DNA of 64,000 nucleotides, taken from contig CANMAI010000013.1 in assembly GCA_947495795.1 (NCBI GenBank), forward strand, positions 48,157 through 112,156. Direction: 5' to 3'. Under the pieces are notes generated by a model. It was given only the letters and a program-made list of their open reading frames with translations, did not search any database and had not been told where the DNA came from. The position numbers and the translations under genes were made by a program. Shown here piece after piece: positions 56,647 to 64,000 of the stretch (position 1 is its first letter; each line of letters opens with the position of its first letter). The stretch is from an uncultured Rhodobacteraceae bacterium. GTDB taxonomy: Bacteria > Pseudomonadota > Alphaproteobacteria > Rhodobacterales > Rhodobacteraceae.

Positions 56647-57885
56647 ATGCCTGATCTCGATACCAAGTTCATCCGCTCCCAGTTCCCTGCCTTTTCTGAT
56701 CCCGCTCTCAAGGATTGGGCGTTCTTCGAAAATGCGGGAGGCTCTTACTCCTGCAAACAAGTGATTGATCGACTAACGCGTTTCTATATGAGCCGAAAGA
56801 TGCAGCCCTATGGTCCGGCAGAGCCCACAAGGCTGGGTGGCGAGGAGATGGATGAGGCGCGGACGCGGCTTTCGGCCATCCTGAATGTCGCACCCGACGA
56901 ACTCTCATTCGGCCCCTCCACCACGCAGAATACGTATGTACTGGCCGAGGCTTTTCGCCAGGTCCTCAGGCCCGGTGATGCGATCATTGTGACGGATCAG
57001 GATCATGAGGCCAATTCTGGCCCGTGGCGGCGGCTGGAGGCTGCGGGTATTGAGGTGCGTGTATGGCCGGTGGAGCGGGAGACAGGTGCGCTGCATCTGT
57101 CAGAGTTGAAGCGTTTGTTGGACGGAAAGGTGCGGCTGGTGGCATTTCCGCATTGCTCCAACATCGTAGGGGTTGCCAATCCGGTGGCTGAATGGGTGGC
57201 CGAGATCCACGCAGCAGGTGCCGCGGCCTGTGTAGACGGGGTCAGCTATGCTCCGCATGGCCTGCCGGATGTGGGTGCGCTGGAAGCGGATATCTATCTC
57301 TTTTCCAGCTACAAGACATTCGGGCCGCATCAGGGGGTGATGGTTGTGCGACGCGATCTGGCAGACAGATTGCCCAATCAGGGCCACTACTTCAACGCGA
57401 GCGCACGCTACAAGCGGTTCACACCAGCTGGGCCGGATCATGCTCAGATAGCGGCCTGTGCGGGTATGGCTGATTACGTGGATGCTGTTTATGCGCATCA
57501 CTTTGGTAGTTCTGCCCCGCCTTCGGAACGGGGCCGAAAGGTGCATGATCTGCAGGCTGAGGCAGAGCGGAAGCTGCTCGAACCCCTGATGGAGTATCTT
57601 CGCTCACGCAACGATATCCGGCTTTTGGGCCCGTCTCAGCCCGCAAAAAAGGTGCCAACGGTAGCGCTTTCTCACAAGGTACGGGGGGAAGCGCTGGCCG
57701 AGGCTCTGGCCGCACGAGGCATCATCGCCGGAGGCGGGGATTTTTATGCGAACCGCCTTCTTGAAGCGCTGGGCGAAGATCCTGCGCATGGTGTGCTGCG
57801 ATTGAGCTTTGTGCACTATACGGAAGAAGCAGAGGTGGCTCGGCTGATCGATGCACTCGATGTCGTTCTGGGTGCGGCTGCATAG
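56647..57885 (+). CDS. class V aminotransferase-fold PLP-dependent enzyme
   Basis: AT-V motifs (IVTDQDHEANSGPW, FSSYKTFGPHQG with the PLP Lys). Confidence 0.7.
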   Translation: MPDLDTKFIRSQFPAFSDPALKDWAFFENAGGSYSCKQVIDRLTRFYMSRKMQPYGPAEPTRLGGEEMDEARTRLSAILNVAPDELSFGPSTTQNTYVLAEAFRQVLRPGDAIIVTDQDHEANSGPWRRLEAAGIEVRVWPVERETGALHLSELKRLLDGKVRLVAFPHCSNIVGVANPVAEWVAEIHAAGAAACVDGVSYAPHGLPDVGALEADIYLFSSYKTFGPHQGVMVVRRDLADRLPNQGHYFNASARYKRFTPAGPDHAQIAACAGMADYVDAVYAHHFGSSAPPSERGRKVHDLQAEAERKLLEPLMEYLRSRNDIRLLGPSQPAKKVPTVALSHKVRGEALAEALAARGIIAGGGDFYANRLLEALGEDPAHGVLRLSFVHYTEEAEVARLIDALDVVLGAAA

Positions 57886-57940
57886 TTTTGAAAAGATGGC
57901 ATTTTATTGATCCAGTCCGAGAACCTGTGCGTATACTCTT

Positions 57941-59392
57941 TTGAAGACCTTGACCGAGAGTTTGCGCCGATCCATGCCTGCCCCACTTATCTTCTGGTTT
58001 CGCCGCGATCTGCGCTTATCTGATCATCCAGGTCTGGTTTCGGCTCTCTCGGCTGGCCAGCCTGTAATCCCACTTTTTATTCTTGATCCGGAAACGGAAG
58101 CCCTGGGCGCAGCACCGAAATGGCGGCTTGGCGAGGGATTGGGTGTGTTTGTGGAAACGCTGGCCGCAGCAGGAAGCAAACTGATCCTGCGGCGGGGGCC
58201 TGCGCTGGATGTGTTGCAGGCTGTATTAGCCGAAACGGGCGCGGAGGCCGTTCACTGGTCCCGCCTCTATGATCCTGCCTCCAAGGCGCGGGATACGGCA
58301 GTAAAGGCTTCACTCAGGGATCATGGGATCAAGGCCGAAAGCCATGCCGGGCATGTTCTGTTTGAGCCGTGGACGGTTGAGACCGGTTCGGGGGGATTTT
58401 ACAAAGTATACACGCCTTTCTGGAAAGCCGTTCGAGGAAGGGATATTGCAGAGCCGCTGGCGGTGCCGCATCTTGCTGCCCCGGAGGCTTGGCCGAAGAC
58501 CGACACGCTCGATGATTGGGCGCTCGGAGCTGCGATGCGCCGCGGTGCGGCGGTTGTGGAAAAGTACGCTCAGGTTGGAACCGAAGCCGCCGAGATGCGC
58601 CTGGATGCCTTTATCGAGAATTCTGTTGCGGCCTATGATGATCACCGGGACAGGCTGGATATGGACGGCACGTCCCGGCTTTCCCAGAACCTTGCGCTTG
58701 GGGAAATATCACCGCGCGTTTGCTGGTTTGCAGGCGTGCGGGCAATGCATGAGGGCAAGGCGGGTGCGGAAACCTTTCTGAAAGAGATCGTCTGGCGCGA
58801 TTTTGCGTATCACCTTCTGCATCACACGCCACATATCGTGGAGCGAAACTGGCGCGCGGAGTGGGATGATTTTCGGTGGCGCGGCGATGGCGAGGCTGCC
58901 GAGCGCTGGCGGCGGGGGCGGACGGGCGAGCCCGTGATCGATGCGGCCATGCGTGAGATGTATGTGACAGGCACGATGCACAACCGGGCGCGGATGCTGG
59001 TGGCTTCCTATCTCACCAAGCATCTGCTGACAGATTGGAAGGTGGGTCTCAGGTGGTTTGAGGAGTGCCTGATCGATTGGGATCCGGCATCCAACGCGAT
59101 GGGCTGGCAATGGGCGGCTGGAAGTGGGCCCGACGCCTCCCCCTATTTCCGTATTTTCAACCCGGCGACACAAGCCGAGAAGTTCGACCCCAAAGGCACT
59201 TATCGCAAGGCATGGGCCGCGGAGCTTTCAGAGGCGCCGCCCGAGACAGCGCTCGAGTATTATGAGGCCGTTCCAGAAAGCTGGGGGCTGGCCGCTACGG
59301 ATGCGTATCCCGAGCCAATGGTTGAGCTGAAGGCCGGGCGCGAGGCAGCACTGGCCGCGTATCAAAATTACAAGGCGGAAACGGCGGCATGA
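57941..59392 (+). CDS. phrB: deoxyribodipyrimidine photolyase (class I CPD)
   Basis: N-terminal LIFWFRRDLRLSDHPGL and C-terminal FAD-binding motifs (TGEPVIDAAMREMYVTGTMHNRARMLVASYL, WQWAAGSGPDASPYFRIFNP). Confidence 0.85.
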   Translation: MKTLTESLRRSMPAPLIFWFRRDLRLSDHPGLVSALSAGQPVIPLFILDPETEALGAAPKWRLGEGLGVFVETLAAAGSKLILRRGPALDVLQAVLAETGAEAVHWSRLYDPASKARDTAVKASLRDHGIKAESHAGHVLFEPWTVETGSGGFYKVYTPFWKAVRGRDIAEPLAVPHLAAPEAWPKTDTLDDWALGAAMRRGAAVVEKYAQVGTEAAEMRLDAFIENSVAAYDDHRDRLDMDGTSRLSQNLALGEISPRVCWFAGVRAMHEGKAGAETFLKEIVWRDFAYHLLHHTPHIVERNWRAEWDDFRWRGDGEAAERWRRGRTGEPVIDAAMREMYVTGTMHNRARMLVASYLTKHLLTDWKVGLRWFEECLIDWDPASNAMGWQWAAGSGPDASPYFRIFNPATQAEKFDPKGTYRKAWAAELSEAPPETALEYYEAVPESWGLAATDAYPEPMVELKAGREAALAAYQNYKAETAA

Positions 59393-59420
59393 GATCGCCC
59401 ACCAAAGCAGGGACAAGTGA

Positions 59421-60734
59421 ATGAAGATTGCGGTCGTTGGCTCCGGTATAGCGGGGATGGGCGCGGCTTATGCGCTGAAAGATATACATGATGTCACGCT
59501 CTTTGAGGCATCCGACAGGTTCGGCGGCCATGCTAATACTGTGGATGCAGAGTTCGGCGATACCGCTGTTCCGGTGGACACGGGCTTTATCGTTTACAAC
59601 TACCGCAACTATCCCAATCTAACGGGGCTTTTCGAGCATCTGGGGGTGCCCACCAAATGGTCTGATATGTCTTTTGGCCTTTCGGTAAAAGGCGGGCGAG
59701 TGGAATATGCCTGCGACAATCTCGATCAGCTTTTTGCGCAGCGGCGCAACCTTTTCAATCCATCGCATATCATGGGGCTAATGCAGATCCTGCGGTTCAA
59801 TCGCGAGGCTCCGGCACAGATGGACTCCGGTGCCATGGAGGGGCTTTCCCTCGGAGCGTGGCTGGAACGCGAAGGGTATTCGCGCTGGTTTCGGGATTGT
59901 TTCGTGCTGCCGTTTGGCGGTGCCATATGGTCGACGCCCACGCGCGATATGCTGGAATTTCCGGCCGAGAACTTTGTCTCTTTCTTCCGCAACCATGATC
60001 TGATGAACGGTATGGAGCCGATGCAACGCTGGCGCACAGTGGATGGCGGCTCTCGCGAATATGTAAGCCGACTGATCGCCGGTTTGGGGGATCGGGCCAA
60101 GCGAAACGCACGTGTTGTTGAAATCACCCGCGGAGCAGCGCCGACACTCCGTTTTTCAGATGGCTCCACGGCGGTTTTTGATGAAGTTATACTGGCATGC
60201 CACGGGCCGCAGGCAGCGGCGCTGATTGCCGGGAAAGACCCTCAGGAATGCGACATTCTGGGGCAATTCCAGACGAGCCAGAACAGGGCTGTCCTGCACT
60301 CCGATGCAGCCTCGATGCCCAGGCGGCGCAAGGTATGGTCCAGCTGGAATTTCCTTTCGGGTGGCGGAGAAGCTGATCTGGACAGGCCGGCACCGGTGAC
60401 CTACTGGATGAACCGTCTGCAGGGGATTGATGAGCGTTATCCGCTGTTTGTGAGCCTCAATCCCAGTAATGAGATTGATCCCGCGAAGATACACGCGGAG
60501 TTCGATTATGCGCATCCGATGTTCAATGTGGGTGCATTCGCAGCGCAGAAGGATATCGCGGCCATTCAGGGCCGGGGCGGGCTGTGGTATGCTGGCGCAT
60601 GGCTTGGATACGGGTTCCACGAGGATGGATTGCAGGCGGGCCTGAAAGTCGCGGTGGCACTCGGTGCTGCACCAGAATGGGCGAAGGCATTGCCCGAGCC
60701 TGCGCGCACGCCGCTGGCGGAGGCTGCGGAGTGA
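59421..60734 (+). CDS. NAD(P)/FAD-dependent oxidoreductase (amine-oxidase-like) of the photolyase-cfa cluster
   Basis: MKIAVVGSGIAGMGAAYAL contains a GxGxxG dinucleotide motif. Commonly found between phr and cfa-like genes. Confidence 0.75.
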   Translation: MKIAVVGSGIAGMGAAYALKDIHDVTLFEASDRFGGHANTVDAEFGDTAVPVDTGFIVYNYRNYPNLTGLFEHLGVPTKWSDMSFGLSVKGGRVEYACDNLDQLFAQRRNLFNPSHIMGLMQILRFNREAPAQMDSGAMEGLSLGAWLEREGYSRWFRDCFVLPFGGAIWSTPTRDMLEFPAENFVSFFRNHDLMNGMEPMQRWRTVDGGSREYVSRLIAGLGDRAKRNARVVEITRGAAPTLRFSDGSTAVFDEVILACHGPQAAALIAGKDPQECDILGQFQTSQNRAVLHSDAASMPRRRKVWSSWNFLSGGGEADLDRPAPVTYWMNRLQGIDERYPLFVSLNPSNEIDPAKIHAEFDYAHPMFNVGAFAAQKDIAAIQGRGGLWYAGAWLGYGFHEDGLQAGLKVAVALGAAPEWAKALPEPARTPLAEAAE

Positions 60735-61513
60735 CCGAAAATCCGGCAGCACGGATTTACCGTGGCCATGTGATGCACATGCGCCTGATCCCGAAGCGAC
60801 ATCAGTTTCGCTATCGCGTGTTTTCCGTTCTGCTGGATCTTGATCGCATGCAAGAGGTGTTTGCCAATGCTTCCCTTTTGAAACACAACGGCTTTGGCTT
60901 GCTTTCCATAATGGATAAGGATCACGGCCCCAGAGATGGTACTGCGCTGCGGCCTTGGGTGGATCGCGAACTTGAACGCGCGGGGGAGCCCGAGGCCACA
61001 CGGGTCGAGATGCTCTCTTTTCCGCGGATGTTCGGATACGGATTTAATCCGTTGACGGTTTACTATTGCTACGATGCCCATGGCACGCTTCAATCGCTGA
61101 TCTATGAGGTGAAAAACACCTTTGGTGATCAGGTGGCTTACGTTGTGCCAGCCGGGCCGATGGCGGGTGGGGCGTATCGTCAGCGGCAGGGGAAGGAGAT
61201 GTATGTCTCCCCTTTCATCGATCTCGATCAGATTTACCGCTTTGCGCTGAATGCACCAGATGAACGGCTCGCGCTGCGCATACGGCAAGCCGGGCCGGAG
61301 GGTGAGACGTTGATAGCATCGCTGACAGGGCAGGGTGAGCCCCTGAGCAACCGGGGGCTGGCGCGGGCGCTTCTGGCCTACCCCCTGATGAGCTTTCGCG
61401 TGATGTGGCTGATCCACTGGCATGCGCTGCGGCTTTTCGCAAAGGGCGTGCCATTTCTGAAGCTAAAAAACATGGCGCTTCCGAAGCGTTTGTCTGAGAC
61501 GACACAAAATTAG
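60731..61513 (+). CDS. DUF1365 domain protein
   Basis: GTG start overlaps the upstream stop. N-terminus ...RIYRGHVMHMRLIPKRHQFRYRVFSVLLDLD matches the DUF1365 signature. Confidence 0.7.
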   Translation: MTENPAARIYRGHVMHMRLIPKRHQFRYRVFSVLLDLDRMQEVFANASLLKHNGFGLLSIMDKDHGPRDGTALRPWVDRELERAGEPEATRVEMLSFPRMFGYGFNPLTVYYCYDAHGTLQSLIYEVKNTFGDQVAYVVPAGPMAGGAYRQRQGKEMYVSPFIDLDQIYRFALNAPDERLALRIRQAGPEGETLIASLTGQGEPLSNRGLARALLAYPLMSFRVMWLIHWHALRLFAKGVPFLKLKNMALPKRLSETTQN

Positions 61514-61518
61514 AAGCT

Positions 61519-62769
61519 GTGCCGGGTGGCGCAGAGCAGGGTGATGGAGTGAGTGAAATGACCGTTTTGACCTCGACACGGGGGCAGACTGATTTGCCGC
61601 GCTGGTTTCAGCCAGCATTTGCGGCGATGAGCCAACTGAAGGCCGGGCGTGTGGATAGCGTTTTGCCTGACGGCCGCGTTTTTCGCGCAGAAGGAGGCGA
61701 GCCTGGACCACAGGCGCAAATTCTGATCCGCGACACGGGCCTTTTTGGCCGGATCCTGCGTGACGGGGATGTGGGGTTCGCGGAGGCCTATATGGATGGC
61801 TGGTGGGATACGCCGGATCTCCAGGCTTTGTTGGATGTCCTGATGATTTCCAACGCAGAGGTTGCACGGGCGATGCCGGGATTGGCAATGGTGCGGGCTT
61901 ACGAGCGCTTGAGGCACTGGCTTCGCTCCAATTCGAAAGATCAGGCCAAGAAGAACATTTCCCACCACTACGATCTTGGGAACGACTTCTACTCCGCATG
62001 GCTCGACGACACGATGACGTACTCGTCAGCCATTTTTGAAACGGCAAGTGAAGATCTGGTGACGGCTCAGCAGCGCAAGTATGCGGCAATGTGCGACAAG
62101 ATCGGTGTGATCGAGGGCAATCACGTGCTGGAGATCGGTTGCGGCTGGGGTGGTTTTGCCGAATATGCGGCAGGCACGCGCGGTGCGAAGGTAACAGGGC
62201 TTACAATCAGCCGCGAGCAGCTCGACTATGCGCAACAGCGGATTTTCAAGGCCGGGTTGAATGAACGCGTGGAAATCGTCATGCGTGATTACCGCGATGA
62301 GCGCGGGAGCTTTGATGGTATCGCATCGATCGAGATGTTTGAGGCCGTCGGGGAGAAATACTGGCCCGTTTATTTCGATACGGTGAGGGAACGGCTGAAA
62401 CCGGGTGGGCGAGGCTCCTTCCAGATCATAACAATTGAAGACCGATTGTTTGATGGCTACCGAAAAGGTGTTGATTTCATACAGAAATACATCTTTCCTG
62501 GAGGCATGTTGCCGAGCCCGTCCGTGCTTCAATCCGAGGTGGAGCGCGCGGGGCTGGCCTATGGTGGCAGCCATGAGTTTGGCCAAAGCTATTCGGATAC
62601 GCTCCGACGCTGGCACGCGGACTTCAACGCAAGATGGCCGCAAATCGCCAATCTCGGCTTTGATGAGCGCTTCCGGCGAATGTGGAATTACTATCTCACC
62701 TCTTGTGCGGCTTGCTTTATGTCTGGCACAACGGATGTGACGCAGATCAGCGTGACACGGCCGGCCTGA
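61519..62769 (+). CDS. cfa: cyclopropane-fatty-acyl-phospholipid synthase family SAM-dependent methyltransferase
   Basis: HYDLGNDFYSAWLD and SAM motif VLEIGCGWGG. Confidence 0.85.
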   Translation: MPGGAEQGDGVSEMTVLTSTRGQTDLPRWFQPAFAAMSQLKAGRVDSVLPDGRVFRAEGGEPGPQAQILIRDTGLFGRILRDGDVGFAEAYMDGWWDTPDLQALLDVLMISNAEVARAMPGLAMVRAYERLRHWLRSNSKDQAKKNISHHYDLGNDFYSAWLDDTMTYSSAIFETASEDLVTAQQRKYAAMCDKIGVIEGNHVLEIGCGWGGFAEYAAGTRGAKVTGLTISREQLDYAQQRIFKAGLNERVEIVMRDYRDERGSFDGIASIEMFEAVGEKYWPVYFDTVRERLKPGGRGSFQIITIEDRLFDGYRKGVDFIQKYIFPGGMLPSPSVLQSEVERAGLAYGGSHEFGQSYSDTLRRWHADFNARWPQIANLGFDERFRRMWNYYLTSCAACFMSGTTDVTQISVTRPA

Positions 62770-62814
62770 ACGTGCTAATGATCCGCGTTGAGAAACTGAA
62801 GAGCGAGGCGTGGA

Positions 62815-63297
62815 ATGGGCGTAGAGCGCGGGATTGGGATGCCAACGGCGGCAAGGCTTGTGGCGGCGATAACTGTGAGTTTCGCCCTACTTGCAATGGT
62901 TTACGTTGTGATCGCCTATCTGCCGGAGGAACGACTGGAGCGGTACGAAACCCGCTTTCTCTGGGTGTTCGGAATATATGGTGCGATCCACGGCTGGTGG
63001 GGCCTGGGCGTAAGGGCGAACAAGGAGAAGGGGAGCGGCATTTTCCTCGGCATCCGGTCTGCCATTACCGTCACAATCGCCATTCTCTTCATGTGCGCCA
63101 TTGCGAAAGTGGTGGACGATATCCTCGACGCCAAGCTGGCGGGTGCACGGCCGATGCAGGCCATCATCGATATGTTTCAGGCCTTTGGCGAATTCGCATT
63201 CGTCCTGATGACGCAACCGATGCTGTTCGTCATCTTTGGCGCAACGGGCATTTTGTGCGGTGTACTGACACGAAACGCGGCGAAGCGCTGGGATTGA
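62815..63297 (+). CDS. small integral membrane protein (4 TM) at the end of the photolyase-cfa cluster
   Basis: 160-aa hydrophobic ORF. No motif recognised. Confidence 0.45.
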   Translation: MGVERGIGMPTAARLVAAITVSFALLAMVYVVIAYLPEERLERYETRFLWVFGIYGAIHGWWGLGVRANKEKGSGIFLGIRSAITVTIAILFMCAIAKVVDDILDAKLAGARPMQAIIDMFQAFGEFAFVLMTQPMLFVIFGATGILCGVLTRNAAKRWD

Positions 63298-63313
63298 TAG
63301 GGCCGCTTTTCGG

Positions 63314-64000
63314 GTGCCGCCTATAGTGCGGCTTCCCGTTGGAACACTTGCGGCTTTCGCCGGGCCTTCGCTGCCGCTCGCAGCCCTTTATTTTCCAGTC
63401 TACGTATTTCTGGCTGAGTTCTATGCCGCGGAGCGGGATCTCTCATTGGGGTTCATCGGGGCGGCGCTGATCCTTGTGCGGCTCTTCGATGCGGTGAGCG
63501 ATCCAGCCATGGGCGTCATCTCGGACAAGGTGAAAACGCGCTGGGGGCGGAGGCGGATCTGGCTGGTCTTTGGCGCGCCGCTCGTGATGCTTGGCGCCTG
63601 GTGTCTCTTCGCCCCACCCGCGTCTGCTGGCGCTCTCTGGTTTGTCGGCTTCCTGTTTCTGCTGACCTTGGGCTGGACGATTATGCTGACCCCGTATTTC
63701 GCATGGGCTGCCGAATTGAGCGGGAACTACACCGAACGTGCGCGTGTTGCCATCTGGCGTGATACAACGGGCCTTGTGGGCACCATTCTGGCTGCAGTGC
63801 TTTACAATGCGGGTGCCGACAAAGCGGGCGGAATGATGCTGATTGCGGCGATGATCGTGATACTGCTTCCGGTAAGTGTCGCTGTCTGCGTGTGGCGTGT
63901 CCCGGAGCCGAAGGATTACTCACGGAAGACAACGGCCAAGCCTGAGGCTTTTCTTCGTGTCCTCCGCCGCGAGCCGCTTTTTCTGCGCCTGCTGTTTGCC
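63314..64000 (+). CDS. MFS transporter, GPH (glycoside-pentoside-hexuronide:cation symporter) family, 3' end truncated by window
   Basis: Open frame to the window end. LGFIGAALILVRLFDAVSDPAMGVISDKVKTRWGRRRIWLVFGAPL matches the GPH signature (D-x-x-x-D-P ... R-x-G-R-R-R). Probable GTG start at 63314 or 63326. Not in the ORF track because there is no stop. Confidence 0.6.
   Translation, partial: MPPIVRLPVGTLAAFAGPSLPLAALYFPVYVFLAEFYAAERDLSLGFIGAALILVRLFDAVSDPAMGVISDKVKTRWGRRRIWLVFGAPLVMLGAWCLFAPPASAGALWFVGFLFLLTLGWTIMLTPYFAWAAELSGNYTERARVAIWRDTTGLVGTILAAVLYNAGADKAGGMMLIAAMIVILLPVSVAVCVWRVPEPKDYSRKTTAKPEAFLRVLRREPLFLRLLFA

Noticed and set aside
1-64000. CRISPR arrays, rRNA genes, integron attC or complete prophage
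   Set aside because: No short direct-repeat/spacer periodicity, no rRNA-like conserved blocks, and no integrase or capsid/terminase genes seen anywhere in the window.

Overview
High-GC window (about 60-65% GC by eye), most consistent with an alphaproteobacterial (Rhodobacterales-like) chromosome; organism not identified. I call about 60 protein genes by reading the six-frame track plus my own translations. Core genes: second-copy gltX, glutamine-dependent nadE, nadD, class-I lysyl-tRNA synthetase, uvrB, ettA, cspA, a peroxiredoxin. Transporters: TAXI-TRAP pair, MATE, BCCT, an orphan LivK-type binding protein, a partial GPH/MFS at the window edge. Signalling: a LuxR solo, a PAS-GGDEF-EAL protein, a single-domain response regulator. 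Also a T1SS-type GH5 glycanase with RTX repeats, a DUF2182/DUF1326 metal-handling pair, an acuI-BCCT-aminotransferase cluster, and a photolyase-oxidoreductase-DUF1365-cfa cluster. Several compositionally atypical insertions stand out. (1) Low-GC, translationally coupled 2-gene module at 4449-8125: an unknown 535-aa protein plus a GT4::sulfotransferase fusion. (2) An accessory islet between prx and ettA (about 22.1-28.5 kb). It holds two SRAP (YedK/HMCES-family) paralogs that both start MPGR, so Pro replaces the canonical catalytic Cys2. It also holds an orphan BrnA-like gene, a phage-type peptidoglycan hydrolase, an M48 protease, a REP-flanked RAYT transposase and a strongly low-GC orphan gene. 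(3) Two tandem tRNA-like elements whose acceptor or anticodon arms do not fold canonically when I fold them by hand, followed by a roughly 380-nt GC-rich, tetraloop-rich non-coding spacer. (4) A second low-GC sulfotransferase-like gene at 50012-51286. Many long antisense ORFs in the track are GC-driven artefacts. No CRISPR array or rRNA is present. All calls rest on motif recognition by eye; no database searches were run.
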